A DNA stretch of 64,000 nucleotides from Tubiluchus corallicola (Eukaryota > Animalia > Priapulida): NCBI GenBank assembly GCA_030141605.1, contig JAQGDQ010000254.1, positions 186,001 to 250,000 on the forward strand. The letters run 5' to 3'. A program made the position numbers and the translations under genes. Positions 13,991-28,300 of the stretch are shown here, piece by piece (the first letter of the stretch is position 1; the number at the start of each line of letters is the position of its first letter). The notes under the pieces are model-generated. The model had not been told where the DNA came from, searched no databases, and saw nothing but the letters and a program-made list of their open reading frames with translations.

Positions 13991-14604
13991 CTTACTATAT
14001 TTTGCTCCCATCGCTGCCACGGCACACTCTTCATCATCCTTATAAAACCTCTTCTTTTGCTTCACTTATTCTTATGAGCCTATGTACTCCTGACGGAAGG
14101 ATGGAGAGACCTTCGTATCCTCTTGTATTCCCACACTTGCTAAGGCAAAATTAGAAGCATGAACCAACATAGGGCGTACGTGCGTACAAAATCTGCTGGG
14201 GCTTATTATTTTTGGCAGCCATGGTTTGACAGATTCATACAGCTTACACCAACTGCGGAAAACATAAACAAGAACGATGTTTAGCAAAACAACCATATCA
14301 ACCCTAAAAAGCAATCTAGAAAAATAACCAAGCCGACGATGGGTGCCACAGAATTAGGTACCATCTTGGTGTATACATAGAACCAAAATATTTTTGGGAC
14401 AAAAAGAGTAATAAGACTTTCTATTTGATTTGGTTTTTATTGTTAATTTAAAAGTTCATGGTTGTGAAAGAATTTAGAAATCATGTATATCCTTCATATT
14501 TTCCTTAAAGTTAAATCTTGAACATTTTCAAGGTTCAGGTTCATGGCGACTGAAAAGAGGAACAGAAGCAGACGGAAAAATTAATAAGAGGTAAATGCCT
14601 GGAA

Positions 14605-14730
14605 GAAAAAAGAAATTGAGAAAGAAATGGAGGGAGGGAAAGAGAACGACAGAGAAAGTGGGGGAGAGAGAGAAACAGAGATAGAAAAAGAGAGAGAGAA
14701 AGAGAGGGAGGGAAAGATGGACTGAGGGAG

Positions 14731-14785
<55 letters not shown>
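14605..14785. repeat. Purine-rich tract with (GA)n microsatellite
   Basis: Direct reading. Confidence 0.95.
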
Positions 14786-14786
<1 letters not shown>

Positions 14787-17389
14787 CGCGAGCATAGAGT
14801 ATGAAGATGTGTGTTGGTGTGAGAGAAAGTACGTGAAATGTTTGGACTTTTTTGGCAGTAAATTCACCAAGTCTGTCAGGCCTGTACATTGACAGTCACC
14901 ATTTAACTAGGGTGGCCTGCTGTTCCCGAATTCATAAATATTCTAACAGCACGTGCCTTGAAGGAACAGTGTACAAGTTGCAAAAATGTAAACATCCTCT
15001 ACGCGACAACAACACACAAAACTAGGATTATTCCCCAAATACCAAAGTAGCGTGTTTAATCTTCCTATTCTATGTCAGAAAACCGGGATGCGTTTTGTCT
15101 TGGCACAGATCGACAGACAGTGAGAAACTCGCACAGGAAAAAGATCTAAAATTAGTTTCTGCGTAATCACAAAAACATACTAGGATTCACAATACGATCT
15201 CGCTTTAGCTGCAGTTCTTTCAGGCATTATCTGCATAGATAGACGATGAAAGAAATGATTAAAAGATTCATCATCATAATGCCAATTACGTCTATTGTAG
15301 ACATTAGGGAGGTAGACTTCTAAAATAAATTAAAATTGCCCTCAAGACAAAAAACTAGACAGTATTATGCCACTGGCTTGTCAGCACCATTTGCGAGCCC
15401 AGTAACGACAAAAGTCACACAAAACATGTATTGTTAACAGGAGAAACATGGGTAGTAATATTACTACGTAATCCCGAGATAAATATCTATGAGGAGAAAT
15501 CTAACAAAACTGCAGACGCCAATTTAGCACAATGACAACATGACGACAAAGCTCTATTCAATTGACATTTACACACAAAGCACGCCATTGGGGTTATTTT
15601 AAGTATTATCTTATAACTCTTGTCTCGCTAAACTAGAGTACTTTACAATCATATATTTTCAAACCATCGACAAAATAAATCAATAAGAATTGTCTCTTAT
15701 AAATTATTAATAAAGATTTGCAGAGTGTATGTATGCACATTTAAATAAGGCACGTAGCTACATACCGCAAACCAAAATACGAATATGAGAGAGGGTCATT
15801 AATAGGGTACCTATATTAATAACACATTCCACGTGGCATGTACTCTCTACTTGCTTTTATTTATAGTTTAGCATTTTCATCAAAAGTGTTAACAGATGTA
15901 AATTTATAGCTTGTAAAGGTAGTCTGATTCGTTTTAAATTAAAAGCAGATTTGCGCACATACTTTCCCAGTGTTTTTATTGGCCCTTAAACATATCTCTA
16001 ACCTCAAGAATGAAACCAGAAGCTCTTGAACGCTTTTAGTTAGAAAAGTAATTAAATATTAAATCACACCAAATGGAAACAGAATCTTTACACATTTTAA
16101 ACAATAATTGGTCAAAATAATAGCAAACAGTAATTTCACCACTGGTTCTATATATCAACTGGATGCGAAATTGGTCCTCAACACGGAATATGGAGCAAGC
16201 TTTTCGACTTCTATAAAGGTGGTTAGAACTTAGCAATAGGTGAAATGATTAAACATCGCGAAAAAAACTTACAATGTTTCATTAACAATGTTGCCCGGTA
16301 AAGCTAATTAGCTCATACCACAGTTCAGCGCAACTTTTTGATGGTGACGACATTATTATGTTAAATACTTTTACATAGTAAATTATGTTAAAAACGTGTA
16401 CCGGCATAATATTATAATTACTGGCAATTTAAGCAAAGCAACTTTACATCCAAGCACGACAACCTACAAAAATCCAACTACACAGGTGTAAGTCTGTCTA
16501 ATACGCTATCTCCATTTTCAGGAACTAACTAACAACTTATACGAGTTTGTTTTCTTTACAGTCTCATAATATGAGTTTAAATTAAAATGGATATATTATT
16601 TCTGCAATGCTACTCTGCGGTTACTCCGCAAAAGACGTAATAACAACATCGTCTTCCGGTTCATAACCTCAATTTTCCGTTTTATGTTGTTACACAAAAT
16701 AACCTGATTTGACTGAATGTTATTTCTATAACATATTAATTTCTAAATTAAGAGCAATATCAGATAAGCGCCCCACAGAAGATACATATGAAGTCATTAA
16801 CTTACAGAATAATAATCGTTTTAATTTTGCATACCTGCAGATACTTTCAAACGCTATTATCCCAGGTTTTAAAACAGGTTCCGACAGGAATCTAATTATC
16901 ATAATCATTTTATAACTTAATTATTGCAGCATAAGAAAAGCCCAGGGGAATGCATTTGTATTAAACTCCAATTCCTTAATTACGTTATGGACATAAAGTA
17001 GTTTTACAGGATTTACATTCAGATATTATAATCATAATATGATACTAAGGTCATGAACTCAGATTATGCATGACACCGGGCTTTGCAGTATGTCAAACTG
17101 TAAGTATAATGCTACATTAATAAAACTGATTCAGTACAGCTTGAGCTATAAACCCAGTAGTAATTCACCATACAGCTACAATGTCAGTTGGGAAATACGA
17201 AAGTTACTTGATCTCTAGAAGAATTTAAAAGTTTTATTGGGTGTTAGGAATGTACCTTCACTTTGTTCTCAGACCTGACGTAACACTGACGAAAGCGTTG
17301 CTGCTGGCAGGTCGCACATCGTAGTCGTAGCCCTAATTACCGTAACGTCGTCTGGCACTTGCAATAAAACTTGAAAAGCCACCCAGTCG

Positions 17390-18685
17390 GGGCAGTTACT
17401 CTTAATTCTCTGGTTTCGTAAAAAGTTCCGTTATTTTCATTTTGATTTGATTTTACAGATATTTTTGATCTGGAGACCTTGACCTTTGACCTTTTGAAAC
17501 CAATGGGTTTCCAGCACTTGACTAGACCAATCACTGTACCAAGTTTAATGATTATAGCTTCACAAATGCTATTTTCCGTTTTATTTATTCTTATTATTTA
17601 TTTCGTAATTTTCAAAGTACAATACACGAGTGACGAGGCAGTTAAAAAGTGAAATAAAATAATAAAGGACTACTACAAAACAGTGCAAATTAAAACAAAT
17701 GAAAGCTAATAATATAAGTAGAAGATTACGGTAAAAAACACAAAGAACTAAAGTAGCTGCTTACAAGTGTCTGTTAAAAACTAAAAATTTGCTAAAATCA
17801 ACATTCACATGTGGCAGTAGTTATTCCATAAAATTACAACTCTGTTGCTGAAGAAATGTTTAAAGCAATTAAGTGACCTTTTCTTTTTTTAACTTGTACT
17901 TTCTAATGGTAGCCCTTGTAATATTTGCAAGTGGTACAAAGTTTAAAAAAAGTTCACCCGAGATTCATATATCACCATAAACTATGCTATAGCACATAGT
18001 TAAATCATTATAAATGCGTCTTAATTCTACGGGTTCCAATTTGAGTATTGATAATCTATTAGTGTATGACGTGGAGTTTAACTTACATCTAGCAAGGAGT
18101 CTGCGTGTGAAATATCTTTGTACATTTTTCACAAAATCTACATCCTTTAGAACGTAGGGACTCTAGACAGGACTGCGATATTCGACTAATGGGCGTACAT
18201 ATGTTTTGTAGGCTGTAAGCAGTGCATGCTTATCAGATGTAACAAAGCAACGAAAAATCATATTGCTTACACGATTTGCTATAGCACAAATAGTAAGACA
18301 ATGAGTAGAAAATTTTAGATTTCTGCTAACTGTGATTCCGAAATCTAACACTTCATCTCTTAGCGGAAGATTAGTACTTTCCATTTTATAGTTATGGACA
18401 GGGTTTTTGTATCTTATATGTAGAACAGAGCATTTATTAACTGAAATCGGAAGTTGCCAGTTATTAGACCACTCGGAAATACAATTCATCGCATGCTGAA
18501 TGTTATCATTTCCAGTGTCAGCACAGTGATATAATTCTACATCATCTGCATATAGTTTACAATAAGTACTACCAATGACATCATACAGTTTTGGTTTTAT
18601 CATGCAGACAGCAGACGGATGGACAGGCAGACAGACAGACGCGATAAACTCCCTACTCCCTACCAATTTTCACACTAATATCGAT
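17390..18685. mobile_element. Non-autonomous Helentron/DINE-like (HINE-like) repeat split by the LINE; halves at ~17390-17562 and ~18584-18685
   Basis: Left half has gaccttgacctttgacc...accaagttt...gattatagcttca; right half resumes with gttttggttttatc and a (GACA/GACG)n microsatellite, an arrangement I associate with these elements. Confidence 0.5.
17563..18583 (-). mobile_element. 5'-truncated, decayed CR1/L2-type LINE (RT C-terminus, 3' UTR and AT-rich tail)
   Basis: ORF 18163..18666 has YADD, W..W.L..S..KC and L..YK..VRP..EY; SPV(W to stop)SP; downstream VQR.FTR and LE..ELRR...DL are still readable; (AAT/AAAT)n tail near 17580-17605. Confidence 0.85.
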
Positions 18686-20303
18686 ATTTGCAATAAAAAC
18701 TAGCCAGTTTAATGCTTGTGATGTGTGGCATAATTGTTACATGGACAGCGATTAAATCCAAAAACGGAGCTATCTAAAATGTTGCATCGCTTAATTCACT
18801 TTCAATTGCCAGTTCCATAAAGAAGCTGCCATCTGTCGTTTCAAGATAGAAAACTGTATCTGTAGATTCTGATGCAATTTTTTCTGCGAAATCGGTTCAG
18901 GACTGAGATGGCGCTTGATATTGTCAAACAATTATGAACCACGCAGTCAGTGCACGGTTTTCTCGATACAACTTGCGTAAACAGCACTTACGGGGAAGCC
19001 AGTTAATGTCTATGACGTCACTCAACTGACGCGCGTGGAGTTTAACGTCTGTTACGATGGATTCAGCTGTTTGAATTTATTACACACCCAGCGATCTGTA
19101 AACTCATAGTGACAATACATGTAGAATCAGGCAAAATTCGGTGTTTGTACGTATTTATTTTTGAGATAATATATATTAGAAGTCTGGTAGGCCTAAACTG
19201 TTGATAGGGCTACAATTATTAACTGGTTTTTGCTCAGAATCGAGGAATATGCTTCACACTGTACATACTGCAGGTAATGGCTTAGAGTCTAACATGCTCA
19301 AACACAATCAGCTGCACACAATTTCTGCACTTAAAAAACACGGATTATAAGTTTCTGCTGTTTTCAAAACTAATCATAGGTCTAAGTAGAATTTAAGCAT
19401 CACATCGGATTATTTCAGTTACGTTATATTCAGCATCAGAACAACGTTAAATTTTTCGGCTCACTATTGCCTGCAACACGGGCTGGGACAAAACGAGGTC
19501 AAGGCGGGTGGATCAGTTTCTTTTACTCTGCTGGATAATTACAAAATTACTGACTACCCTCTTACAAGCGCCACAGTTAAGTTATTAGGTGCCCAATTGA
19601 GTCTTTATGTGATTTCGTGTATCTCATACTTAAGATTGACTCGCTTTTATTAATTCCAATGTAGCGTTAATTGGCATTATTAGAAGCAATTGTGCTCCTC
19701 ACTGATAAATGCAAATAAATAGTAAAATGATTGTAAGGTGTCTCCAGTGTAACAGTAATTAAATCATTAAGTGCATGAACACAAATATACGTAGGATAAA
19801 CTTAGTGCAAAGTGTTTTAATTATGCTGTGTATTATCAAAAAAACTTTTGCTAAAAAAGAAACAGTGTGTATTGTTTCGAATGATCGACTAATTAACGAT
19901 TTTATTCGATCATCGTCACACGTGGTTTTCTAGATTGTGTAAATATCTATACTTTAGCGTGGCACTTAGGGTATATAACCTCCATATCGAAATTATAAGT
20001 TAAAATTGCAGGAGATTACCTCCCTCCCTCCATTAAATTATTTCTGAAAGACAGTACTAACAAGTAATTAATTCTGTATCATGCGTACTAAAAAAAAACT
20101 TTTCAATTTCGTCACATTTCGTTATGTGAAACTCTAATCATCCCAATGTTTATCTTTATAACTATATAATTATGGCTCAAAATACCAATATTCTTTCAGT
20201 TATAAGCAAGAGCCCTTTTGTCACTCGAAAAAACCTCAACCCCTTGCGCACGCCCAGAGAGGGCCTTATTTTATGCACGAAGCATCTGAATGCCTAAACT
20301 CAC

Positions 20304-20442
20304 CTGTAACAAGATGATGAAACTTATGATGATACGGTATGACATCAGAGCAATTATACACAGCTGGCTGTCCACACCACAAATTCAACACGTTACACGT
20401 TGGAAAGTTAGTCGGTAAACTCATAATGTTCACAGCTGACAT
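20304..20442 (-). CDS. SRGAP: Candidate alternative first coding exon of srGAP (MSAVNIMSLPTNFPTCNVLNLWCGQPAVYNCSDVIPYHHKFHHLVT)
   Basis: 46-codon ATG frame ending at a consensus CAG|gtgagt donor in phase 1, giving ...VT-DIKQQL. Confidence 0.45.
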
Positions 20443-22499
20443 GAAAATGTTTAAAAGTCACCAAAATGAGTTGACGCCGATCAAAATTAATAATGAGTTA
20501 CTATGCGCTGTACGCTTAGGCTGATACTCAAGCTCACATCACACTACTAGGACCAGTGATCCAGTAAAACCGGCTAGCTTTGTTCTGTGGAACTTCAACA
20601 TGCATCAGCCTTCAACTGATTTATAAACTACACACGTCACACGACAGCTGCAGTAGTTTCCTCAAACTACAACATGCACACGCTGATTTACAAATTTCCC
20701 GAAATCATCAGCACGATACAAACAGTTTATGATGCGACTGTCTGCGCTCTTGAGATTTTACGATAGGGGCCACACAAAGTAGCTGAACACACATCTATAG
20801 TCTAGCTTCAGCTCATTTTTTTACAATCAATGAAGCTCGTTGCTTTATGAAGCTGAAGTTACAAAAACTTATGAAATATAGGAAGATGTTCTATTGTTAC
20901 AAAGATATGCCACTAAAAATTTTCAATACTTATAAAATTGTCTTCGTTAGCCGAATACAAGTAGGCATGTAATGCGCCGACGTTACAAAATGTGCGGAAA
21001 TTCCTCGCTAAAAATCCATACAAATTTCAATAGCAACTGATTTTCCGAAACGACTTTCAACTTCTTTTTCACCGTGCAAGAAATCTCGAAGATGCAACCA
21101 CATTCACGTTTCAAGTGTTTTCTGACAGAACAAGATGATTTCCATGCTAATAACAACAACCACTCTTCACGTTTTCTATAAGAGGCACAAGAGCTACTTG
21201 TAGCAATGCGCTTTGCGAATGTAAACGAATTCTTGTTAAATTGAACGCACCAATGGCACCAACGTCAGTGAGCTCTAGCAACACCTAGAAAAAGAGCCCA
21301 ATGACAACAACCTTTTGTTTTTGCTTAGTTCCAGTTAAACCACTAATGTTTGGCTGACACTGTCCTCTTTCTTACACAGACAATTGGAAGAATAGTTGAA
21401 GACTTGTTTACAGCGCACCTATTCCTTTAATTAGCGCAAGCCATAATCGACAACCACATGTATGCACACTTACGCAGTCATCCACAACCACATGCATAAA
21501 CTAAATACACTAGCACATTCGTCAGTGGTGATTTTTACCGGGTGATGATACCACTAAAGAAATCTGCATGTGCAGCGGTAGCAGCAACAGCAAGGCATCT
21601 GTAAGTAGTTAATAAGCGGCAGGGAAAACATTCCAGCGTGTTGTATTCCTAGAGGATTAGGGAAGCAGTAGCGGCACTCGTGGCATTACAGGCAGGCAAA
21701 AACTCTTCCCCGAATAGGATAACACAAGAAACTAGGCACTAATGATACGTCGAATTAAGGTTATTATGTAATAGTTTTAAATCAAAAGATGGCGCCTAAA
21801 TCACAGTATCGGTTTCAAGTTTAATGGCACTTGTGATCGAGGTTAATCAATAAAAAGAAATATTTGGTGTTAACGGTTAAGTTAGTTCAATAAATTTTAT
21901 TATGTGTATAAGTTTGCATTAATGTTATTGTGTTGCAATAAGGGAGCTAAGTTTTGAGACTCCAAAAGCACATAGTTATAGGTTTGTTTTAATGTCGAGC
22001 AATAGAATATTACACAGCAACGTCTAACTAGGTGCCTGTGGTGTGTGATGCCTTTGAAGGCCATCAGCCTTCTGCTGGAGTTTGCACGACCTTGAGCCAA
22101 GAACAGAGGTGATGAGTGAACGGCCAGAGAGCGTCTGCTTGTGATGGACTAATTAATGTCAGTCACCTTTCCTTCATAAGTGCATAGCAAACTCTGCTGC
22201 ACGCAAAGGAAGTTGTCTGCATGGCTTCCTAAAATGGCACAGGCATCACATCCCACAAAAATGGTTCTCGCACAGGCAAAGAACTTCAATCCAGGGTAAT
22301 AAACAGCAAATTTCAACACAAGCTGTCCGAGCAGGGTGCCTCTTTTAGAGTTTAACTATTTACCCTACTTCCAAAAGGCGGCTCAAGTCCTAAGTAAAAT
22401 AGTACATACGTAGGACATAGTAAAATGAAGGTGTGATGCATAAAAAGTTAATTATTATTGTTCCACTACGCAGCCGTATGTTCTTCTTTTTCTTTTCCT

Positions 22500-22930
22500 T
22501 GGGTAAAGTGAAGTGCTTAAAGAAAAGGACAAGTGATTAACATGTTCTGTTTATTTTACTGTTATCGCTTAAACTTAGGAAAACATAACAAAGAAATTTT
22601 CAGAAACTGTCTACAAAGCATACAATTAATTTATACTACCACTTAGGCGCTGTAGTTACCGCCACTCACTCGAAAATTGTGACGTAACCAGCAGACTTCG
22701 TGACTTTTTGTAAGCGCAACGTAGCTTTCCGTATGCGCTGACGGAAATTGCTAGTGCGCAGCTTTTCTGCAACCGATGAACGACGTCACTGGTGGAAGAA
22801 TGGGCATTCAAAATGGGAGTGTGAAACGACTGTAGTTTTAAAGTGCTTTTACTAATTATACGAGGCACTTATAACATTTTTATTATTAAATCCTTCCGAC
22901 ATTTTTCTTCAAACATTGAAATAAGTCTAA
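22500..22930 (+). repeat. Interspersed repeat family B, copy 1
   Basis: Shares aaaggacaagt.a.tta.catg and gatgaacg.cgtca.tggtgg..gaatg.gc.ttcaaaatggga with 36480-36990 (inverted) and 57430-57930. Confidence 0.7.
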
Positions 22931-25900
22931 CTTCCCAGAAAACCTGCTTTTCCTTTAAATGCACGAGTTTGACGGCCTGATTGTTAAAAAGCAAAAAAGC
23001 AAGAACTTCATGCGCTGGACAGTGTGCCGCATGGCGGACGCACAGTTAATGCTTCAGAAATTGTTTGAAAAGCTTGCGCTGGTTTTACAACGACGAGCTG
23101 GCCTAACGTGTTTGTAACTCTAGGCAAAACAAGCGTCATCGATATTAAATATGATGTTTAAAAAGCGTTCTAATCAATTCTTAAAGCAACTTCTTCAAAA
23201 AATTATTAGCAAAGTTTCAATTTGAAGCTATAACTAACTAATGGAGTTTAATTCTTTTAATTCTCCACAAGAAAAAAAATGATCTTTTTATCTGCCTAGT
23301 GCCAGACAGCTTGACTAAGGCAAACAGCTAGTGATATATAGCTAGGCAGCAGATATACAACAAGAATAAGTATCCCGACACAGCTACACCCAAAACTATA
23401 TTTATGATGCACTGTAACAACATTATGATCTTTTAGTCACAAAGGCACATTAAAATAACTATACATTAAGGGGTTTTTAAAACACACTAGTCAAAGCGTG
23501 GCTCACATCAGAAGGTTTTATGCTTTAGGTACTGAAGACTGATTGTAATTCTTGCAGCAACCTGACAAAAATGTGCGAAAAATGTTCTAACCAAGTGCAG
23601 AATAAAAAATATAATTAGAGCCAATACAACTGAGTAGATTCGCTCTGCCCCTTGGCATACTTTTAACCCTCATCTTCCATTAAGGATGTCAAGCCAGCTT
23701 TTTTTGTACTATCACAATAAAAAGAAGATTTTTTTATGCACTTTAACTCAGCCACACACAAAATGTTTAAGTTAAGCTTATGTCTTAAAATTGAATCATT
23801 TAATATCTCTTATATAAACGCCTAGCAAGCGTACAGATAGCGCTTATTTTCAACGGCACTTATGGATAGATAGAGACTAATTTTCAGCGGCGCTTATGAG
23901 TTAACCAAATAATGGAAAAACTAGCCAGGCTGGACAGGACAATAACCCTCTTTACGCCTTTATTACTAGTCATTAGACTTGCCGTTGAACGTAAATTACC
24001 AACTGGTTGGAGGGCAATCAGCGTAGAAAGGCACCGCCTTATTGTAGTGTTAAATGGATGTGATAAAATTAGCGTCAGCGGAAAAATATCGTATAAGCAA
24101 TGCTTAGAACTGTAGTTACAACTAAAATGTGTAACGTGCGCACAATTAAAGCTGCACATCCATGTAGAAAGTGACTGTTCAGAGCTTTAGATAAACTGAA
24201 ATACGTAGGTTTTAATATTCACAGACCGCTGCAGTTAGGACTTTTAGCAGCAGAAATCTTTTTAACACGTATCAGAAATTGCCTGTACTTGACATGCAGC
24301 CATAATTTTATGAACGTTTGGCTTTTCAGTTGTTACTGCAGTTCTAAAACTGATGACATTTTTACTGACGCAAATTCACATCCATTTAAAACTACAATAT
24401 GGCGGTATCTTTCCACGCAGATTTTATCTCAATAACCAACCTATAGATAACAATTTACACTCAACAGCTGAGCCTAGTGAAGAGTAATAAACAAAATATT
24501 CAGAAAGCGTCCGAGAAGTACTATCATTCCTTTTTCCTCATGCTCACAGACATAACTAAACATAACTAAAAACATACTATGATCTATACTAATAACCAAA
24601 TATATAAATTTTAGTATTACGTGTGGTCATTTTCTCCAAATGTGTGTTTTGTCTATGTAATTTTCGAGCAACTGTAAGTTCTAACACAAATTATCTAAAG
24701 CTTTAAATTAACGCAAACTTTTATTATGTACCAAGTCAATAAAATAGTAAACTTATGCAGAAGCCGAGTGACAGACACAAACTTTACAATGAATAATAAC
24801 ATGTATAACGTCTATTAAAGAAAAGTAAAGGTGTAGAGTAAACAAAAGTAAAATATGATACGACATTAGCACATCTGTTAAGACTTAAACTACTGCTCAA
24901 CACTTGGCACCCAATTTTTCTAGTCTAACAGTGATAACATATGGCAGTTTTTTTTAAAAGAAAGAAAACAAATCTGAGACATAAATTAAACTGTCAAGGT
25001 TTAGTCAAATGTCCACATGTAAGGCAGACGCTGTAAGATGTTTAGGTTATGGTTACAGTTCTCATGATACCAGAGAAGAAGAACAGTGAAAAAACGCATA
25101 AATTTGTTTTTTTAAAAAAAGTTACAAAATTTCCACATAATCTATTGTGTGTTATTAGTAAAGCAGAAACAAATTACCTTACTATTTATTTTACAATTTA
25201 TTATCCCAAGCAAACCATCTAGCGCTCAAAATGACCGTCGGATCAGGATTAACACGTGTAATAGGCTCATAGTTACACTCGTAATATAATACACAGAATA
25301 GGGTCAGCTATTTCACCTACATCATAAGTCTTGCGTTGTAGGATTTAAAAAATTGAATATTTTGTCGTCAAATGTTACCCCTTAAATATATTATGCACTG
25401 TTACACTGCCTTAAAATCACAGTTCTTTACACGGTTAAAACGTGTCTGTCAGTAGGGATAAGAGACAATAATACTAGTATAAGATTTTTAAGTGTACCAT
25501 TTTATATTTTAAACGCATTTCGTGTAATTTTCGTTTTAATGTCTGAATATATACTAGGTGAAATGGTACACTGATATGGAGTCTGAACAAAAAGTAATTA
25601 ACTTAACTTGTCCTGGGCTTTCTTAAAATCGGCCAAGCACGAACCATGACTAGATGGATAGTCAATGCACCATAATTTAGTGCTGAAAGCTGTTGTCTTT
25701 ATTGCATTAATTATATTATTTTCCCAGCTGTAGATTTTATTTTTCAAGATTAGGAAAGTCAAGAAATTTATCAGTTATGCGTTCAACAGTACAGTATCTG
25801 TTCTAGACGAAAATATTTGACATAATGAGAGTTTAAGCACACAATTATTAAATTTTTAATTAGGAAGATACATTAAAGAAAGAAATGTTAAAAGATGGGA

Positions 25901-26570
25901 TTTGAACCACTGACGACCTCTGTTACACGCTCAGAGTACTTTGTGACCACTCAGTCCCTGTTTCAAATGCAATCTTTCACACAAATAAATGTAAATGCGT
26001 GTATGTAATTTTTTCCTTGGATAGGACGCTTTCTCAGATTACCAAATGGAACTCCAATAAGAATCGCTTTCAAGGAAGCCTTAAAACTTTGCCAAAAAAT
26101 CCTCCTGGCAATTTCTTTTTTAGCCATGACGGATTTAAAGTTTAATCCATTATTAATTATTCATTGTGTAATTAGGTTTTTGTGCAAAAGGTTTTAATTA
26201 AGTGACATTATGCATGCATCTACAGGCAGTTCGTTGAACTGATTTCTGTAAGTCAGTTGAAAAGTCCAGCAGATTATATATACATCGACAGAAGTCTATT
26301 TACTGTATATCACTAAAGCAGTCAAAGGCTGACTGATAGTGCCAGATGACAGCCGTGAATGTCATTCAACACGTCAGCATCAAACGATACCCAAGGGCAA
26401 AATTGTCGGATTTTCTCGTCATGTTTTTTCTAGAAGGTTATCAGGTATCAAAGGAAACGTTGCCATCCGGGATAAAGGGACAAAAAAGTTTTTACTGACT
26501 AATCCAAGACAGACGTCTTGGCGATTGGGTTTCTGAAAGCAGAGGTGAAAAGTAGAATTTGGGAGGTTGT

Positions 26571-26641
26571 CGCAAAAATACATGGCGATGTTATGAGGAA
26601 CAAGACGCAAAAATACATGGCGATGTTATGAGGAACAAGAC
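26571..26641. repeat. Perfect 35-bp tandem duplication
   Basis: cgcaaaaatacatggcgatgttatgaggaacaaga occurs twice head to tail. Confidence 0.9.
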
Positions 26642-27367
26642 CATGTAGCAATAACTAATAATAAAATTAATCGTTGATAATACTAAATCTGCAATATTAT
26701 AACTGCAGTAGGAAAATACTGTTCATAAATATAGTTCAAAAATTCGACTTGAAATTTTATATCGAGTTACATTCTGTTTTATTGCATACAGGGCTTGCCT
26801 TGCAGTAACACTGTGTAAAACTTGTAAATTTAAACTCCCACGATGACCATTAGGCGCAACCATTTTAACGGCAAGCTGTTTGAACCAAGTTTAGATAACA
26901 ATGCGTAAACTTTGAAAAAATAATCAGTGTTTGTACCAAACTCTTGCTAATTAAGCAAAAATTACTTTATATTGTCAGTAAAATCAATACTGTGCTTTTG
27001 TTGAAACAGTGGTGCACACTGGAATGGCGATGCAGAGACGTTTTATCAGATGACGCGAATTTTTTTAAATTATTAAGAATGTTCTTTTCCTGTGACATAA
27101 GTTTTTCAGACAACTAAGCATTATGCTAAGTAACATAACTTTTGAAAGATTTTTGTGATATACTTTAAAATACCCTTTTCCCCCTTTAAATCACACCGCC
27201 ACGTAAGAAACCTAAAAGAAATGAATGAATGCTATAGTAGAATTCTAGAAAAATTAATATTTATCCTAAAGATTTTTTGTGATACCTAGATATGCCTAAA
27301 AATATCGTCCACTATAAAAACGTTGTTATGGCTGAAGATTGAAGAGGCAAGATATCATTCACTTGTC

Positions 27368-27432
<65 letters not shown>

Positions 27433-27585
27433 AATGACGACAATGATGGCATTGGTGGTGGTGGTGGCAGTGCTGCTGCTGGGTGCTGGTGATGGTTGTG
27501 GTTGGTAGAAATGGTGGTTTTTGGTGTTGTTGGTGGCAGCGGCGACGTTGATGGCGATGATAATAGATGAGTAGCATTGATGATG
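27368..27585. repeat. (GAT)n microsatellite decaying into GGT/GCT triplets
   Basis: Direct reading. Confidence 0.93.
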
Positions 27586-28143
27586 GCACAGATGAGCTGC
27601 ACAGTCTATGTTACCTTGTTAAAGTTATTAACGTCTAGTATAATTCTATGATAATTTTGATGATTTTGTGTATTGTCAATAAAATCACTATCTCAAACCA
27701 ACATTCCAATAAATAAGAAAATTAAATTAAACGCAGATGGCACCACTAACGCACATGGTCACACGATTACTTTATACCGTTCATAAAGGAAAGACTCCAT
27801 GTGCTGCCATCTGTAATCAGAAAATGCAGACCTATTACGAATCAGTTTTCTAGAAAACGTAAGATTTATGTTTTCTTTAGAATAACGATTAGGGCCTGTG
27901 GATTTTTTGTAATGACAAAGGAATTCGAATCAGAGTTACAATCCCTGAACTGCCCAAATATACATAGTCAGTTTTAATATTAAAATTGAGGCTTGAAAAA
28001 CCTACTGGTGCTGATGTAGTGTTTTTAAGATCAAGGCTAGTCAAGGCTAAGCGCTCACAATCTAGCAATCTTAGTTTACATCAACTGGCTAGGAGCATTC
28101 CTACAGCTCATGCTATTAAAACGTCTGTTGGGTACAGTCCAGT

Positions 28144-28300
28144 CACTAGAGGCAGTGCCGTTCCGATCACGAACAAAAATCGACCCTAACCGATACCGAT
28201 TATTGATTTTTGCCAAAACCGATAACTGAACCCATACCGATTTTTTTTTCCTCGAAACCGATGCCGATACCGCATTTTTCGCGAATATCGGCAACCGATC
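28144..28300 (+). mobile_element. hAT-like DNA transposon terminus with (ACCGAT)n subterminal repeats
   Basis: At least six accgat/ccgata motifs clustered after a tagag start. Confidence 0.5.

Noticed and set aside
26571-26641. CRISPR-like 35-bp direct repeats
   Set aside because: Two adjacent copies with no spacer, in eukaryotic DNA; a simple tandem duplication
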